A DNA stretch of 64,000 bases from the IMG/VR virus record IMGVR_UViG_3300009152_000041, positions 1,901 to 65,900 of that record. One strand, 5' to 3'. The notes under the pieces were generated by a model. The model ran no database searches, was not told where the DNA came from, and was given only the letters and a program-made list of their open reading frames with translations. Every line of letters begins with the position of its first letter. Positions within the stretch are counted from its first letter, which is position 1. The translations under genes and the position numbers were made by a program. Below are positions 10,728 to 22,472 of this stretch, one piece after another. This stretch comes from a virus.

Positions 10728-13700
10728 TCATTTCCTTCCATATCTTGAATCTTATATGCTACACCGGCGGTTATGTTCTTACTTATTATACTATACAACT
10801 CTGCTTCACTAGTAAAATTATTTAATACTTCTTTTGGCAGTTTTATTATAATGAATCCGCCCTTTGAATATGCCTGTTGATCTGGTGGATAAACATCCCA
10901 GAATGAAGATGCTTCTTTGACTTCTTTAAAGACCTTGTTTATATCGAGTGATCCATAAGATTGTACATCTATAGTCTTACCCATAGTAGCCTTTAATCCT
11001 CCGCCTTTTAATCTTAAATCTTCAATAGCTAAATCTTTAACATCTACAGAATTCAATACGTGAACCAGCCCTATTTGAAGAGAAAATGGATCGTAGTTAA
11101 CGCTATTATATGGATCAAAAATAGAAGTATTATAAGTAAAATCTATTGGAGAATCATATGAATAGTCGCTAACATAATCCCAAACATAGCCATCTTGACT
11201 AGAGCTTCTAACTTCTATTCTTATAGGTTTAATATAAATATGTAGAGGCTTTTCTGTTTCTACTGTGTTTTTATTGAGGAATGGATTCAATGGAATAACT
11301 CTGCCGTTAATTTGTTTGAGCGGAATACCATTTGATTTAGCGGTGTAGTTCACTCTTATTAGATCTGGATCACTCGTTATCGGTGTGATGAAATCTACTA
11401 TTCCAGTCTGGGAATTAATATTTCTTATAAGATTTGAATCTACTGCTGTCCATGGTGAGTCAACTGATTCTCTTGTTTCAAAATCAACCCAGTTAACAAC
11501 TGACCCACATTCCATTTGCGAAGGTTCCATAAAAGTTGCTATAGGAACTTGCATTAATTGATATCTCTTAGATGATAAAACTATTGGTGTTTCATTAATT
11601 ATAGTAATATATGGTTTACCAGCAATCTGAGACCAGATTACATTACCCATATTTAAAGTTGAATATGTAGCTCTTAATACTTTCCCAGTGTACTTTTCAG
11701 CCCAAGAAGTCCAACCATAAGCTGGGTTTATGTATATATCTTTTGTGAAAGATCCAGATGTTATATACAACGGCCATTGTTGAAACTTTGAAAGATTTGG
11801 TGGGATCGATGATATTCCTATTCTTGATGATGGAACATATTCAACATTGTATATAGGGCATGCCATCTTTACTGGTATGGAAGAAGGTATTATTTTGCCA
11901 GAAGTCTTTGGTCCAAAGAAGTCTAATCCATTTCCAAGATTTCCATCTGCATCTACTGCAAGTGCAGCAATGTATACATTTTCTGGACCTCTTGAAATGT
12001 AGTCTACATAATAAAGATTCATACCTAAAAATTCTTTTTTCTTATTATCATAGAAACCATAAAGAAAACCACCATCATCTCTAGCATTATTTGTTAATAT
12101 AAAAGATCCATAATCTGTATTAAATTCTTTATCAGTAGAAAGAGTATTTACAAAAGATTGAAGATCTATGCCGTATGGTTTACCAACTTTATCTTTATCT
12201 AAACTTGGTTGAGTTAAAAGTACGAGGCCATCTAAGACAGAGATTGCTTTTTTTGCAGATTTTATTATAGAACCATCTGTTTTCATTAACCAATAATTAT
12301 CCAAAAGCTTCTCAGCGCTTTTGATTACGTTTGAATTTTCATATATAAGAGATGAAGTTTCAAAAACTAATCTATTCGAAGAAATACTTAAATTTAAATC
12401 TGAACTATTTACTGGGTTTCCAGTCGCTGAAACAACATTAGCTACAGCAAAAGTATTTGAGTTTATTGAAACTGTTTTTGTCTGCGTTAAGTTTATTGAT
12501 ATAGATTCATCTTTGTACTGAGGCTCTAAATTAGAATCAGAGTAAGGTGTAAATGGCGGACTATATGAAGTGCTACTAAAATTAATTGTAGTATTCGATA
12601 AGTTTAAAGTTTTTTCTCCAGACCATGTAGGATATGTTATAGATACTGGAGTTGTTGCATACTTGGTGGACTTAACACCATTTAGATCTATAATCTCAGC
12701 TTTGTTTGGAGATATACCAGTAACTGATCCAGCTATATTAAACTTTATTTCTACTGGAGCTGTAGTCGTATCTAATCTATAACCACTTTCGACTATTGTT
12801 TGAGCATTAAAAGTATCTAGTGTGTAACCAATTTCAAATTCTACTTTAGCTAAAGAATAACCTTCAGTAAAGGTTCCATATTTCCCCCCTAATGAACCAC
12901 CATTAAACTGGAAAGCAAAGAACATACACTCTGCCATAGGCTTATTAACTTCAATTGTAAACTTTTCAGTTGTATACTCTGCAGCGCCTTTAATTATATT
13001 TTTGCCAGCCATGTCTATCCCAGAATAGACTACTGCCTGCTTGAGAGCTATTCCCTTATAGTCTGGTGCACCAGCAAATGTTCCAGGATATATAGTCACA
13101 GATTTGAGAACTTGACCCTTTAGATCTTGTTGCGTTATTCCATCAATTGAAATTTGGTCAAATGGAACTGCAAAAAATATTGAATCTACTAATTTTTTAG
13201 GACCAGATTGACCAGTATATGTTATTTTTCTATAATTCCAATCTCTATTAGGAAGATCATGTAACTCTATCGCATCTGCGGCTGCTACAACATACTTAAC
13301 AACTGTTGGATTATTTACTTGTAACCTAGCTATTATTGCACTATATCGGGTTGGATCAGAATTCTTTATAGATTTCCAAATATGAATTGCGATTAATGAC
13401 TTAGTTTCGCTATCAACCGTTCCATTTTCATATCTTGCATTGACTGATGCCTGAAAAGCCAAAACTGCATTTCGTGTGTTTGCTTTAAACTGTCCACTTA
13501 ATTCTGGAAGTTTTCCAGCAACCAATATCCCGGCTTCCCTCATACTTATCTGTATATATTTAATATAATCTGGAAGCATATTGGGTTTATTTTCTCCATA
13601 TGCTCCGATGATATTACCTTGTTGTATGTCCCCTGTATATAAAAAGTTATTAACTGGATCGTTACTATTTATCCCTTGCCTGTAGGCGTCAATTCTATCA

Positions 13701-16438
13701 GCACCAGAAAATGCTGCGCCAGTTTCAAAAGTTTTGGTAAGAGCAATATCGTCTGCTTCCCTTTTGGAACCAGGTGGAAAAACATCTTCATATCTTGCTT
13801 GTCTTGATAGTGTTGCTGTATATTCTGCGGTAATAACTGCTGACCAATTTGCACTAAAGCTTAGCGTTGATTCACTTGATTGATTATAAGAATTAAAGAT
13901 AGAAAAATTAAACGTATAATTTTTATAACTATTAGACGAAGATATTGAACTAGAAAGTCCATCGTTTATTTCTTTGGTCGATGATCTATATAGTCTTTCT
14001 CTTATAACGTAAGGACCAAAGCCACCGGGCACAGTGAATTGAGCTGATGGAGAATTAGTATACGCATAAACTGCCCCAGTAATGCTATCGTTGTTTATCT
14101 TAAATAGATTATAAGAAGTTGGTATCTCTGTACCACTTTGTACAACGGCTGCGTAAATACGATCTCCACCTTTTATCGGAGTAGCGTTTGCGATTTCTAC
14201 GTCATTATTTGTTATCTCTATAAAAAATTCTAAATTACTAGAATCAATTTCTTGCAAAGAGATACTGTGTTGATCAGCTAAAAAGTCATAAATAGATTTT
14301 TTGTAAAATTCTAACACTGAAGAATTACTTGGGATTAAATTCCTTGCATACTTTGAGGTTCCAACAGCATTTTGATTGTCTACCTTAATAAGAGAATATA
14401 CTTCTTTTTTCTCGTCTTCTAATAAAACGTTTCCATTTAATACATATGAAGATTGCCAATTTGAAACCTGATAGTACATTGACGATCTTAGATCTTTAAC
14501 CTTAGTTGAAAATATTCTATTTAATAATGCAACCGAACATGCATTGTATAGCATTTTCATTGGACCTTCTATTGCTGCTACAGCAGTAAACGTAGCTTGA
14601 GTTATGCTAGTTGGACCATTGTTACTTGTTGCTATATCAAAGATGGAAGATGGTTGGTATATGTCATTGCAGTATTTAAGCATTGGTGTGGTTGTGGCCA
14701 ATAGCGTGCCTTTAGATAGCGAATCAGTTGAAGGTGTGAACTCTAAGCTAACGAATATAGGCTTACTTCTAGAGTTAGTTAGCACAGTATTATTGGTTGA
14801 AATATTTCCAGTAAATTCTTTTACTGTTTTTTTAGTTGTAAGATTAGAAAGATTGCTTCTTCCAAATATTGAATATACATCGTAGTTAACATTATCTACA
14901 GTTAATCTTTCAAAAATACCTGGGTTAATCGGCCAAGCATTGGTTTTATTTTCATTAAGAAAAATATTTTCCTGATTATAGGTCCATGTATCTAGCGGAT
15001 ATTCCTGGGCACTGACCGATAAGGATGGATCTATTGATTGTGCGCCAGTATAATCAATTGCCTGTGTTGTGATAACAGAAAGTTTTGATAAATCTAATAC
15101 CAGTGTTCCCTGAGTCTGCTCTAGATACTTCTTTAGCTTTAGACCTTGTTCTGTAGTTATTGGAGAACTAGGAGTCCAGGTGACTATGTCGTATAGAGAA
15201 AGTTCATCATCAGTAACTTTATCTAAATTTAATAACCAATACGATGCTTGATTTTTTCCGTATTGATTACTCTTTTCCGATAAGGGATTTGCATATTTGT
15301 ACTTAGATGCATTAAACGGAGACTGCTCTAGTCTCAAAAAAGCGTAAGGGTTTGCTGCGCCAAAATCATTAGATTGCTCCATGCCAGATATCTGTGCTGA
15401 TGTTGATAGCACGGCACAATTAATTACTTTTTGTTTTATAGAACTTTCTTTATCTATTTCTTCACCATAATTTATAGATGAAACATCAACGGATCTTTTA
15501 ACTTTAGTTATTAATCTCCAGTTAAAAGATTCATAAGTTCTATTATCTGACAAAGCTTTTTTAGGAACAAATACTTCAAAACCTTCTGCTCTAGCATTCG
15601 TGCTGTTAATTAAATTATTTTTTGATGTAATAGATTTTTTACTATATATTTTTTTTGACCTTGAAGAATTATCTACAACAATTGATTCCTCTCCAATTCT
15701 ATTAAAAATACTAACAGTATTAATGTTTTCTTTATATTGAGGAATCGTTGAAGATATTGACTCAGTTGAAGATAGCGTAACCTTATCGTAAACTAACGAT
15801 AAGTCTACTGGAGATGGACTATCAAATAAAGCTATTATCTTAGAAGGAATATTTGATCTATTTGAATAGATTGGCAAATCTAATTGTTCAATTAATATTC
15901 TATATTTTTTCAAACCAGTAGATTGATCTACATACTCAAAACCATTTTTGTCAATAACTTTAATTGACTTTGGAACACTGGACTCTGACAAAAAATCATC
16001 AAGTCCATCATATGCGTAAGAACTTCTTGGCAGGAGAGTATAGTATCTAGAAACATAAAACGAATGAACAAATCCGTTCTTATTAAGATCTTCAATGTAG
16101 TACTTCTTATCTAATGCACGTGTGTTTAGGAATACATCGCTCACGCTAATGTCATCTGAATCGAATACCGTATAGCCATCTGAGTCCTCTAGTATTCCTA
16201 GTTCATTGGCAAAAACTATTTTATTCTTTGCAGATCTATTTGAAGCATTAATATTTGAAGAGTATGAATTCTCTGGTATAAAATTAGACAGATCTGTTAC
16301 TGAAATGTTATTTGCTGGAGTTACTGGCTTTGAGTTAAACCAAACTAAAGCGGTTGAGGAATCATCTAGTGGTAAATTATTTACTTTTCTTATCTTTTTT
16401 TGACTACTGTTGTCAATATTTAAATTAAACTTATCCAC
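10709..16438 (-). CDS. giant tail/baseplate protein with peptidoglycan-binding-like segment, 1909 aa
   Basis: Internal segment LPDYIKYIQISMREAGILVAGKLPELSGQFKANTRNAVLAFQASVNARYENGTVDSETKSLI resembles PG_binding_1. Confidence 0.7.
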   Translation of the reverse strand: MDKFNLNIDNSSQKKIRKVNNLPLDDSSTALVWFNSKPVTPANNISVTDLSNFIPENSYSSNINASNRSAKNKIVFANELGILEDSDGYTVFDSDDISVSDVFLNTRALDKKYYIEDLNKNGFVHSFYVSRYYTLLPRSSYAYDGLDDFLSESSVPKSIKVIDKNGFEYVDQSTGLKKYRILIEQLDLPIYSNRSNIPSKIIALFDSPSPVDLSLVYDKVTLSSTESISSTIPQYKENINTVSIFNRIGEESIVVDNSSRSKKIYSKKSITSKNNLINSTNARAEGFEVFVPKKALSDNRTYESFNWRLITKVKRSVDVSSINYGEEIDKESSIKQKVINCAVLSTSAQISGMEQSNDFGAANPYAFLRLEQSPFNASKYKYANPLSEKSNQYGKNQASYWLLNLDKVTDDELSLYDIVTWTPSSPITTEQGLKLKKYLEQTQGTLVLDLSKLSVITTQAIDYTGAQSIDPSLSVSAQEYPLDTWTYNQENIFLNENKTNAWPINPGIFERLTVDNVNYDVYSIFGRSNLSNLTTKKTVKEFTGNISTNNTVLTNSRSKPIFVSLEFTPSTDSLSKGTLLATTTPMLKYCNDIYQPSSIFDIATSNNGPTSITQATFTAVAAIEGPMKMLYNACSVALLNRIFSTKVKDLRSSMYYQVSNWQSSYVLNGNVLLEDEKKEVYSLIKVDNQNAVGTSKYARNLIPSNSSVLEFYKKSIYDFLADQHSISLQEIDSSNLEFFIEITNNDVEIANATPIKGGDRIYAAVVQSGTEIPTSYNLFKINNDSITGAVYAYTNSPSAQFTVPGGFGPYVIRERLYRSSTKEINDGLSSSISSSNSYKNYTFNFSIFNSYNQSSESTLSFSANWSAVITAEYTATLSRQARYEDVFPPGSKREADDIALTKTFETGAAFSGADRIDAYRQGINSNDPVNNFLYTGDIQQGNIIGAYGENKPNMLPDYIKYIQISMREAGILVAGKLPELSGQFKANTRNAVLAFQASVNARYENGTVDSETKSLIAIHIWKSIKNSDPTRYSAIIARLQVNNPTVVKYVVAAADAIELHDLPNRDWNYRKITYTGQSGPKKLVDSIFFAVPFDQISIDGITQQDLKGQVLKSVTIYPGTFAGAPDYKGIALKQAVVYSGIDMAGKNIIKGAAEYTTEKFTIEVNKPMAECMFFAFQFNGGSLGGKYGTFTEGYSLAKVEFEIGYTLDTFNAQTIVESGYRLDTTTAPVEIKFNIAGSVTGISPNKAEIIDLNGVKSTKYATTPVSITYPTWSGEKTLNLSNTTINFSSTSYSPPFTPYSDSNLEPQYKDESISINLTQTKTVSINSNTFAVANVVSATGNPVNSSDLNLSISSNRLVFETSSLIYENSNVIKSAEKLLDNYWLMKTDGSIIKSAKKAISVLDGLVLLTQPSLDKDKVGKPYGIDLQSFVNTLSTDKEFNTDYGSFILTNNARDDGGFLYGFYDNKKKEFLGMNLYYVDYISRGPENVYIAALAVDADGNLGNGLDFFGPKTSGKIIPSSIPVKMACPIYNVEYVPSSRIGISSIPPNLSKFQQWPLYITSGSFTKDIYINPAYGWTSWAEKYTGKVLRATYSTLNMGNVIWSQIAGKPYITIINETPIVLSSKRYQLMQVPIATFMEPSQMECGSVVNWVDFETRESVDSPWTAVDSNLIRNINSQTGIVDFITPITSDPDLIRVNYTAKSNGIPLKQINGRVIPLNPFLNKNTVETEKPLHIYIKPIRIEVRSSSQDGYVWDYVSDYSYDSPIDFTYNTSIFDPYNSVNYDPFSLQIGLVHVLNSVDVKDLAIEDLRLKGGGLKATMGKTIDVQSYGSLDINKVFKEVKEASSFWDVYPPDQQAYSKGGFIIIKLPKEVLNNFTSEAELYSIISKNITAGVAYKIQDMEGNDWGVLS

Positions 16439-16440
16439 AA

Positions 16441-19400
16441 TTAATCCTCATAATCCTTTATTAAGTTAGAGTAATCTGAAATAACATATGGGGTTGCACC
16501 AAAATATCCAGCTTGGTACTGGTCGTATCTTGGAATTGGCAGCCATTGTGGCGGCGTCCATCTAGGCGTCGATTCAGTGTTGTCTACTATGTTTTCATTA
16601 TAGTAACTAATTCTAAACGTTGGAGTAGAATATATATTCAATGATTTACTAATATCATGATTAATTATATCGGGTATCTTTAATCCAGGCACAAAATTGA
16701 TGTCTACATTATCATAAGATTCATACCAGAATAGAACATCGCCAACTGATGTATTTGGAGTCGAAGATGGAGTTGAACTTAACTCTGAATCGATAGCCAT
16801 AAACCAATATCCAGGAGTTGCTCTTTCCTGTGATGGAACTGGACCTATCTCGAACTTTCCATTAACATCCGTATAGACTATGCCTGAAGTAGTGTTCTTA
16901 TCTGGCTTTAAGGTTGAGTTACTATAGGGTACTTCGTTTAGGGTTGAGTATAGATATCTAGACTTTCTCCAGTAAATTACACTATTCTCACTTGGTGCAT
17001 TGTCGGTTGTTAGTATTCCCGATATGGTTGTAGATGATATTCCATCAGCATTGATGATGCTTGGGTTGGCTGACGCTAATAGCGTTGTATCTTCAGCCCT
17101 TGAAGAATATACTGGAATAAACTCAAGAGTAAAGAATTCACTAGTTTCACTATCTGGATGCGCTAATGGATTACTCGGGTATATTGCTCCATCAATTAAG
17201 ACCATCACGTTAGTACTGTATGCGATGTCTCCACTTTCATAAACTGCATTTACAGAAGCAAATCCTTCATCGTCTGTAGTTATGGTACTTTGAGCAAAGG
17301 TTAGCTGATGAAGTAGTGAGGAAAGACTAAAGCTTTGATATGGTTTTGGATTTCCTTCAGTATCTAAAGAAATTATACTTATAGTTATATAATCATTTCC
17401 ATCGTCTAAGATGTAACCCGGAGAAATATATAGTTTTATTCTGTCAAAGTCGTACGTTGCATTTGATGCAATTACGTAACCCTTGTCTAGGAGTGAGCTT
17501 GTTTGTCCAAAATTTAAATCAATAGGAGTTGAGTCTTCGTATATTGAAGATTCATATGTGATCTCATAGTTCATTGTAGCGTTAGGAGTAGCATCAAAAA
17601 CTATCTTTGAATAATATGAAGAACCATCAAGGATATTATCCACGTAATATGAATTAACAACCTTATATTTTATGTAATAGTCTCTATCTTTTTTAAATTC
17701 ATATGTAGATTTATCTAACTTAATAAATGAATTATTTGTTGAAAGATTGCTGAATAGAAGCTCTCCAGTGTACGCATCTGTAATAGAAAGATTATAAACA
17801 TTTTTATAACCAAGATGAAAGCTATTGTCAAACTTAGGCTGTAACGTTTCTGTATTTTCAAATCCAAAATGCCTTGGAGAAGACTCATGAGGAAATCCCA
17901 CCTCAGTATAAATTTCAGGAGTTGCTGAACCAACTAAAGAAACATTTACCATAACCGGAGCACCTTGCCTAGGTGCATTGGCTAATGTTACCTCTTTTAG
18001 TATTCCAGTTTTAACCTCAGTTACCGGCTTAGCATAGACGTAATACTCATCATTGTCTAAATGAATCCAGCCAGTATTAATCCTGGCGTCTAATCTTGCG
18101 TCGTATAATTTTCCTCTAACTATAAAGTTATCAAATACCGTAGTATTTCTCTGTAGATCATATGACTCAGAGATGGAATTATCTGGATATCTTAAACTCT
18201 TTGTGGTGTAATCAGTATCTGTGTAAATGCTAGATATACCGTTCGACTCAAGAACATACGTTCTATTTAAAAATGGATTAACGATTTTTTGTTCTGACCA
18301 AACTGATACATTTACAGATTCAGGATCTAAAACTTCAATTGTTTCAAAGAAGTATTTAAACTTTTCAGAACCAGACAGGCCAAAACCTTCTCTTGTTAAT
18401 TCTGGTAATGAAATATAATTACTATTTTTTCCTGGAACATATTCACCATTTAAGGAGTTATAACTGATTACCCCATATTCATCAACGTATCCAGAGATAG
18501 GAGAAGCATGTGTTAGCTCAAAGGGATCCCAATTAACTATCTCAAATGGATAGATTGAGCTATTTTGAGTCGATACTGTAAGTGAATTCGGAGTACTAGT
18601 ATATGGATAGCTAAGTTGAGTAAAGTAATATGATGCAGTTGCAGCGGATCCGTTTACTGTAGTTGTTCCAATTTTAGCGTTTGAACTAGGTGTTGCAAGA
18701 TTTGAACTATTAAATCTTATGCTTAAGTTGGGTGAAGATGGAATAAATACTTCTCTATCAGTTTCTAAATAATAAGAAACACCACCATAGCCAGAAAAAG
18801 CTGAATTGTCATCAAGGTAATCTACGTCTACGCTTGTTGGTTTCAAGTTATTAATAAATATCTGTCTTGGCGTTGCTCCTACTGGCATGATTATATTAGA
18901 GACAATTCTATTATGATCAATTGAATAACCACTTGGTGGCGTAGCAACATTATTGATAATAATTTCAGACTCTTGTGGAGTTGTGTATTTAGTTACTTGA
19001 ACTGGATTATATAGCTTTGAAAGAAGCTGCAGTTGTGTACTCTGAGCAAAGTTTGGTGTTGCTGATAATAGCGTTCCACTACTTATTAGATTCGCAGTTC
19101 TGTGAGAAAACTTTGCTTCAAAGTTATTAGAGTTTGGCGTTGCATAAGTTGAGCCATTCCATAATCCATTTTTAAGAACTATGTTTTCTATCTCAGATAC
19201 TTCTAATCTAGAAGTGTTAATTGAACTTTTTGTATCTTTATATCCAGATAATGTTTGTTTTTCTTTTAGTGAATATTTTGATGAAACATATCCTTCTGTA
19301 TCAAATATTTCTATAGAATTATATTCCGGGTAAGCTGAGTGAGTTGGACCAAAATTATTCTTTGGATAGAATGTGAGCGGTGCAAAAAATGTTATTGGCG

Positions 19401-21220
19401 TTGCATATGACCCGTGCGGGGTAGCACTGAATTCAAGAGTTAGATTTACGGTAGCTGCTGGATTATTGTATTCGGTAATTTCATAGGAACCATAATACTC
19501 ATACTGAAGTTTTACTGGTTCATACTTTAAAGAAGTGCTAACATTTTTCTTGCCCTTGGCAACTATTGAAGTTTCAAAAAACTGAGGAGTTGCATCGTAG
19601 TTAGTGACAAATAATCCAGCGTCATTTAAGTCTCCAACTCCTGGTTGATAATATGGTATTGCAATTTCTTCATCATAGTATCTAGAGCGAATTCTATTAA
19701 CACCCTCATTATCCTCTCCAGCGTAGTCCCAAATGCTATCTCCAAATCTAAAGTATCCCCAATTTGTAGGGTATCTTACATTTAAATCATCTACTAATTT
19801 TTTAAATAGATCAGTTGGATTACCATCTGCGGTAAAATATGGAGTTGAATATTCTATATCTGATATTTCTAAAATTTCAGGTGTTGCGCCTGGATAACTA
19901 GAAGATGGAGTGGCACCAAAAGCCTTCCAAAGATTTAACTCTCTTCTAAGAACTTTTTTAAATGATTCTATATCAGCGCCATTTGGATTTTTGAATACAT
20001 CTAGAATTCTTTCCTTATAGGAAGCGTTAGACTCAAGATGCATTCTAAATAAACCAACTCTTGCACCCATTTCGTCAAACCAGTTGTATCTTAATATTGG
20101 TGTTTGAGTTAAAGGAGTTACAGTTCCAGTATTTTCACTCTTTATTGAGAGATTTCCATATTCTTTTACTGTTAGAATTTCTCTATTTAAAGGGTTGTGA
20201 TAAAAAACATCATCAGAAATTTTTGATTTATAGAAATCAACAAGGTTATCTACTCTAGCTAATTCTAGAAGTTCATTAGATAATACTTTATTAAAAACAT
20301 TTGTTATATTTGTAGAAGAATACAACCAAGTTAATTGATTAACATCAGCTCTTTCTATAAAAGAGTTAATTCTAAATATATCTATTTCTCTATCAAAGTC
20401 ATCTAAATCTTCACCAATAACTGCATTTAAAAATTTGCCAGCTGTTGATTTTGGTACATATAAACTAGGAGTAGCCTGATCTATTGAGTCTTCATATAGA
20501 TGCATCCACGAAGGAAATCTGCCTAATACATTTTTTGTTGAACGTGAAATTACTGGGTTAGAAGGTTCTGATATAGCTACTTCTATTATAAGAAGAAAAC
20601 TTAAAGATGTTAATACTTCTAATTCCGTATTTACTACTACTTCAAATTTTGCATATCGCTTTACATCTTTTGATAGAAGTATTGATCCTAGAGCATTAGA
20701 AGTGGTAGTTACCGCTAGTAACCATGGTCCGATTTTGACTATCTGATTCGTATATATTTAAATCAAAAGTAATTGATTCAATACTGTTTAAGGAACTAGA
20801 AAAAGCTCCTTTAAAAGTTCTTATATCAATACGAGATGTTGTATCTATAAATCTATAGAGATAATCTTCTTCTGAATCAGCGGTAAAGATTGGCGTTGAA
20901 CTAGTATCTGGATCAAAAACAAAACTGTCACCGCTGACTGAATTTGAATTAAAGAATAAATGGGGACTTACACCAGGATCTAGATATAGTTCTCCAGTGT
21001 CAGTAACTGCATACGCACCTTCTATTGTTGGAGTGGCACCTTGTAATACGCTGGTTCCAGTATAAATGTAATCACCTAGTGAATTTAAACCAGTTGCTGA
21101 CCTAGTGTACGAGAAGTTTTTATAAAACTTATTTGAATAAAGGTCAATTACACTGGAGGTCCACAAATTATTACTTTTAGTGAAGTCTCCAGTGTTAAAG
21201 CTTAACAAATAGGTTTTCAT
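16441..21220 (-). CDS. giant baseplate/fibre protein, about 1592 aa, via +1 frameshift at CGG 20729-20731 (fuses 20696..21220 and 16441..20505)
   Basis: The 16441..20505 frame is open upstream to beyond 20731 with no ATG/GTG/TTG before 20505; C-terminal Ig-like repeats (ANPSIINADGISSTTISGILTTDNAP...). Confidence 0.8.
20729..20731 (-). other. +1 frameshift site: AAT CGG A
   Basis: Codon 164 is CGG; the zero frame ends at TAA after 10 more codons, the +1 frame continues for 1429 codons. Confidence 0.85.
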
Positions 21221-21231
21221 TTATTAAACTC

Positions 21232-22449
21232 CTAAACCGCATCTAGCCAAATACTGTATTCGCAAGTAACTCCATTGTCGGGGTGAACAAACATCAAATG
21301 CTGACACGGTCTGCTCATTGAGGAAAAATACTCTTGAGCATAAGTGTTATAGCTTTCTGGTGAACCTGAGACCCTGAGCATTGAGCTACCTATGGTCATC
21401 TTAAACTGCTGATGATAGTGGCCCATAAATATATCTTCGAAGTGCTCTGGGATTGCGCCATCTTTCCACCCCATTGCCCTCTTATAGTAGCCATGATATT
21501 GTCCTGGTGCAGGCATTTGGTCACCATGAATTAATAGAGAACTGTAGTTACCTATGGTGTCTACAGCGTACCAATGTCTTTCACCTTTTCCATCTGGAAT
21601 ATTAAAGGTTATTCTTGGCTCTTGTCTTCCTTCTTTGTAAAAGAATTCCATTGACTTGTAAAGCAGTCTGTCCATATTTGTTTCTGGATCATGCATCTTT
21701 CTACCACGTCCGCCTACTGCGCCGTGATTTCCTATCACGCCAGTAACATGTACGTGCTCAAAGTGTTGCAATACAGTGTCAAAGAACTTGCTCAGAATTG
21801 CTGGACCGTTAACGCCTACTTGTCTATAGAGTCCAGAATCTATAAGGTGAGCTTGTCCTGGGAATATTTCTTCACCCTCTACGATGTCACCCAACAGCCA
21901 TACGTGAAGATTTTTAACGGGATGATGCTTCCTTTGTATTTCCGTTATTTCTAGCAGTTTCTGAGTATAAACTTCTATTCTTTCTGCCAAAACTTCAGAG
22001 TTATAATCAGGAGTTATCTTACCCAATTGCCAATCCGCAAATACCGCTACTGCCGTTTCAGGAACACCTGGTAACACCTTAAGTGTTGGGCCCTTAATGG
22101 GAGCAGTTTCTATAGATGAAAAGGCATCAAATGCAGCTTGATACACTGCATAAACTGTTTCGTCTTTTACGTTCTTATTCTTTTCAGCTATTTTAGCCAA
22201 ACGTCTATTCTCAGATCTTAAAAAGATAGATTGATCAGCAGCTGTGGCTTCATGACTATCTAAGAAGATTTGAGCGTCTTGCTCTTCTTCATTCCACACT
22301 TCTGTTATTCCAGTTTCTATTATTTCACAATCATCATGTAGTACTTCGCCAGGAAAGTTATCATACCCTTCTGATACCATTCTTGCATGGGTCATGTTTT
22401 TTGCTTTTACTATCTGCTTTCTTATAACAGAGTAAGTTTGTTCAGACAT
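21232..22449 (-). CDS. calcineurin-like metallophosphoesterase, 405 aa
   Basis: ADWQLGK, LLGDIVEGEE, GNHGAVGG, LLIHGDQM and MGHYHQQ match metallophosphoesterase motifs (D, GD, GNH, H, GHxH). Confidence 0.8.
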   Translation of the reverse strand: MSEQTYSVIRKQIVKAKNMTHARMVSEGYDNFPGEVLHDDCEIIETGITEVWNEEEQDAQIFLDSHEATAADQSIFLRSENRRLAKIAEKNKNVKDETVYAVYQAAFDAFSSIETAPIKGPTLKVLPGVPETAVAVFADWQLGKITPDYNSEVLAERIEVYTQKLLEITEIQRKHHPVKNLHVWLLGDIVEGEEIFPGQAHLIDSGLYRQVGVNGPAILSKFFDTVLQHFEHVHVTGVIGNHGAVGGRGRKMHDPETNMDRLLYKSMEFFYKEGRQEPRITFNIPDGKGERHWYAVDTIGNYSSLLIHGDQMPAPGQYHGYYKRAMGWKDGAIPEHFEDIFMGHYHQQFKMTIGSSMLRVSGSPESYNTYAQEYFSSMSRPCQHLMFVHPDNGVTCEYSIWLDAV

Positions 22450-22472
22450 TAATTTACACCTTTTCTACTAGT

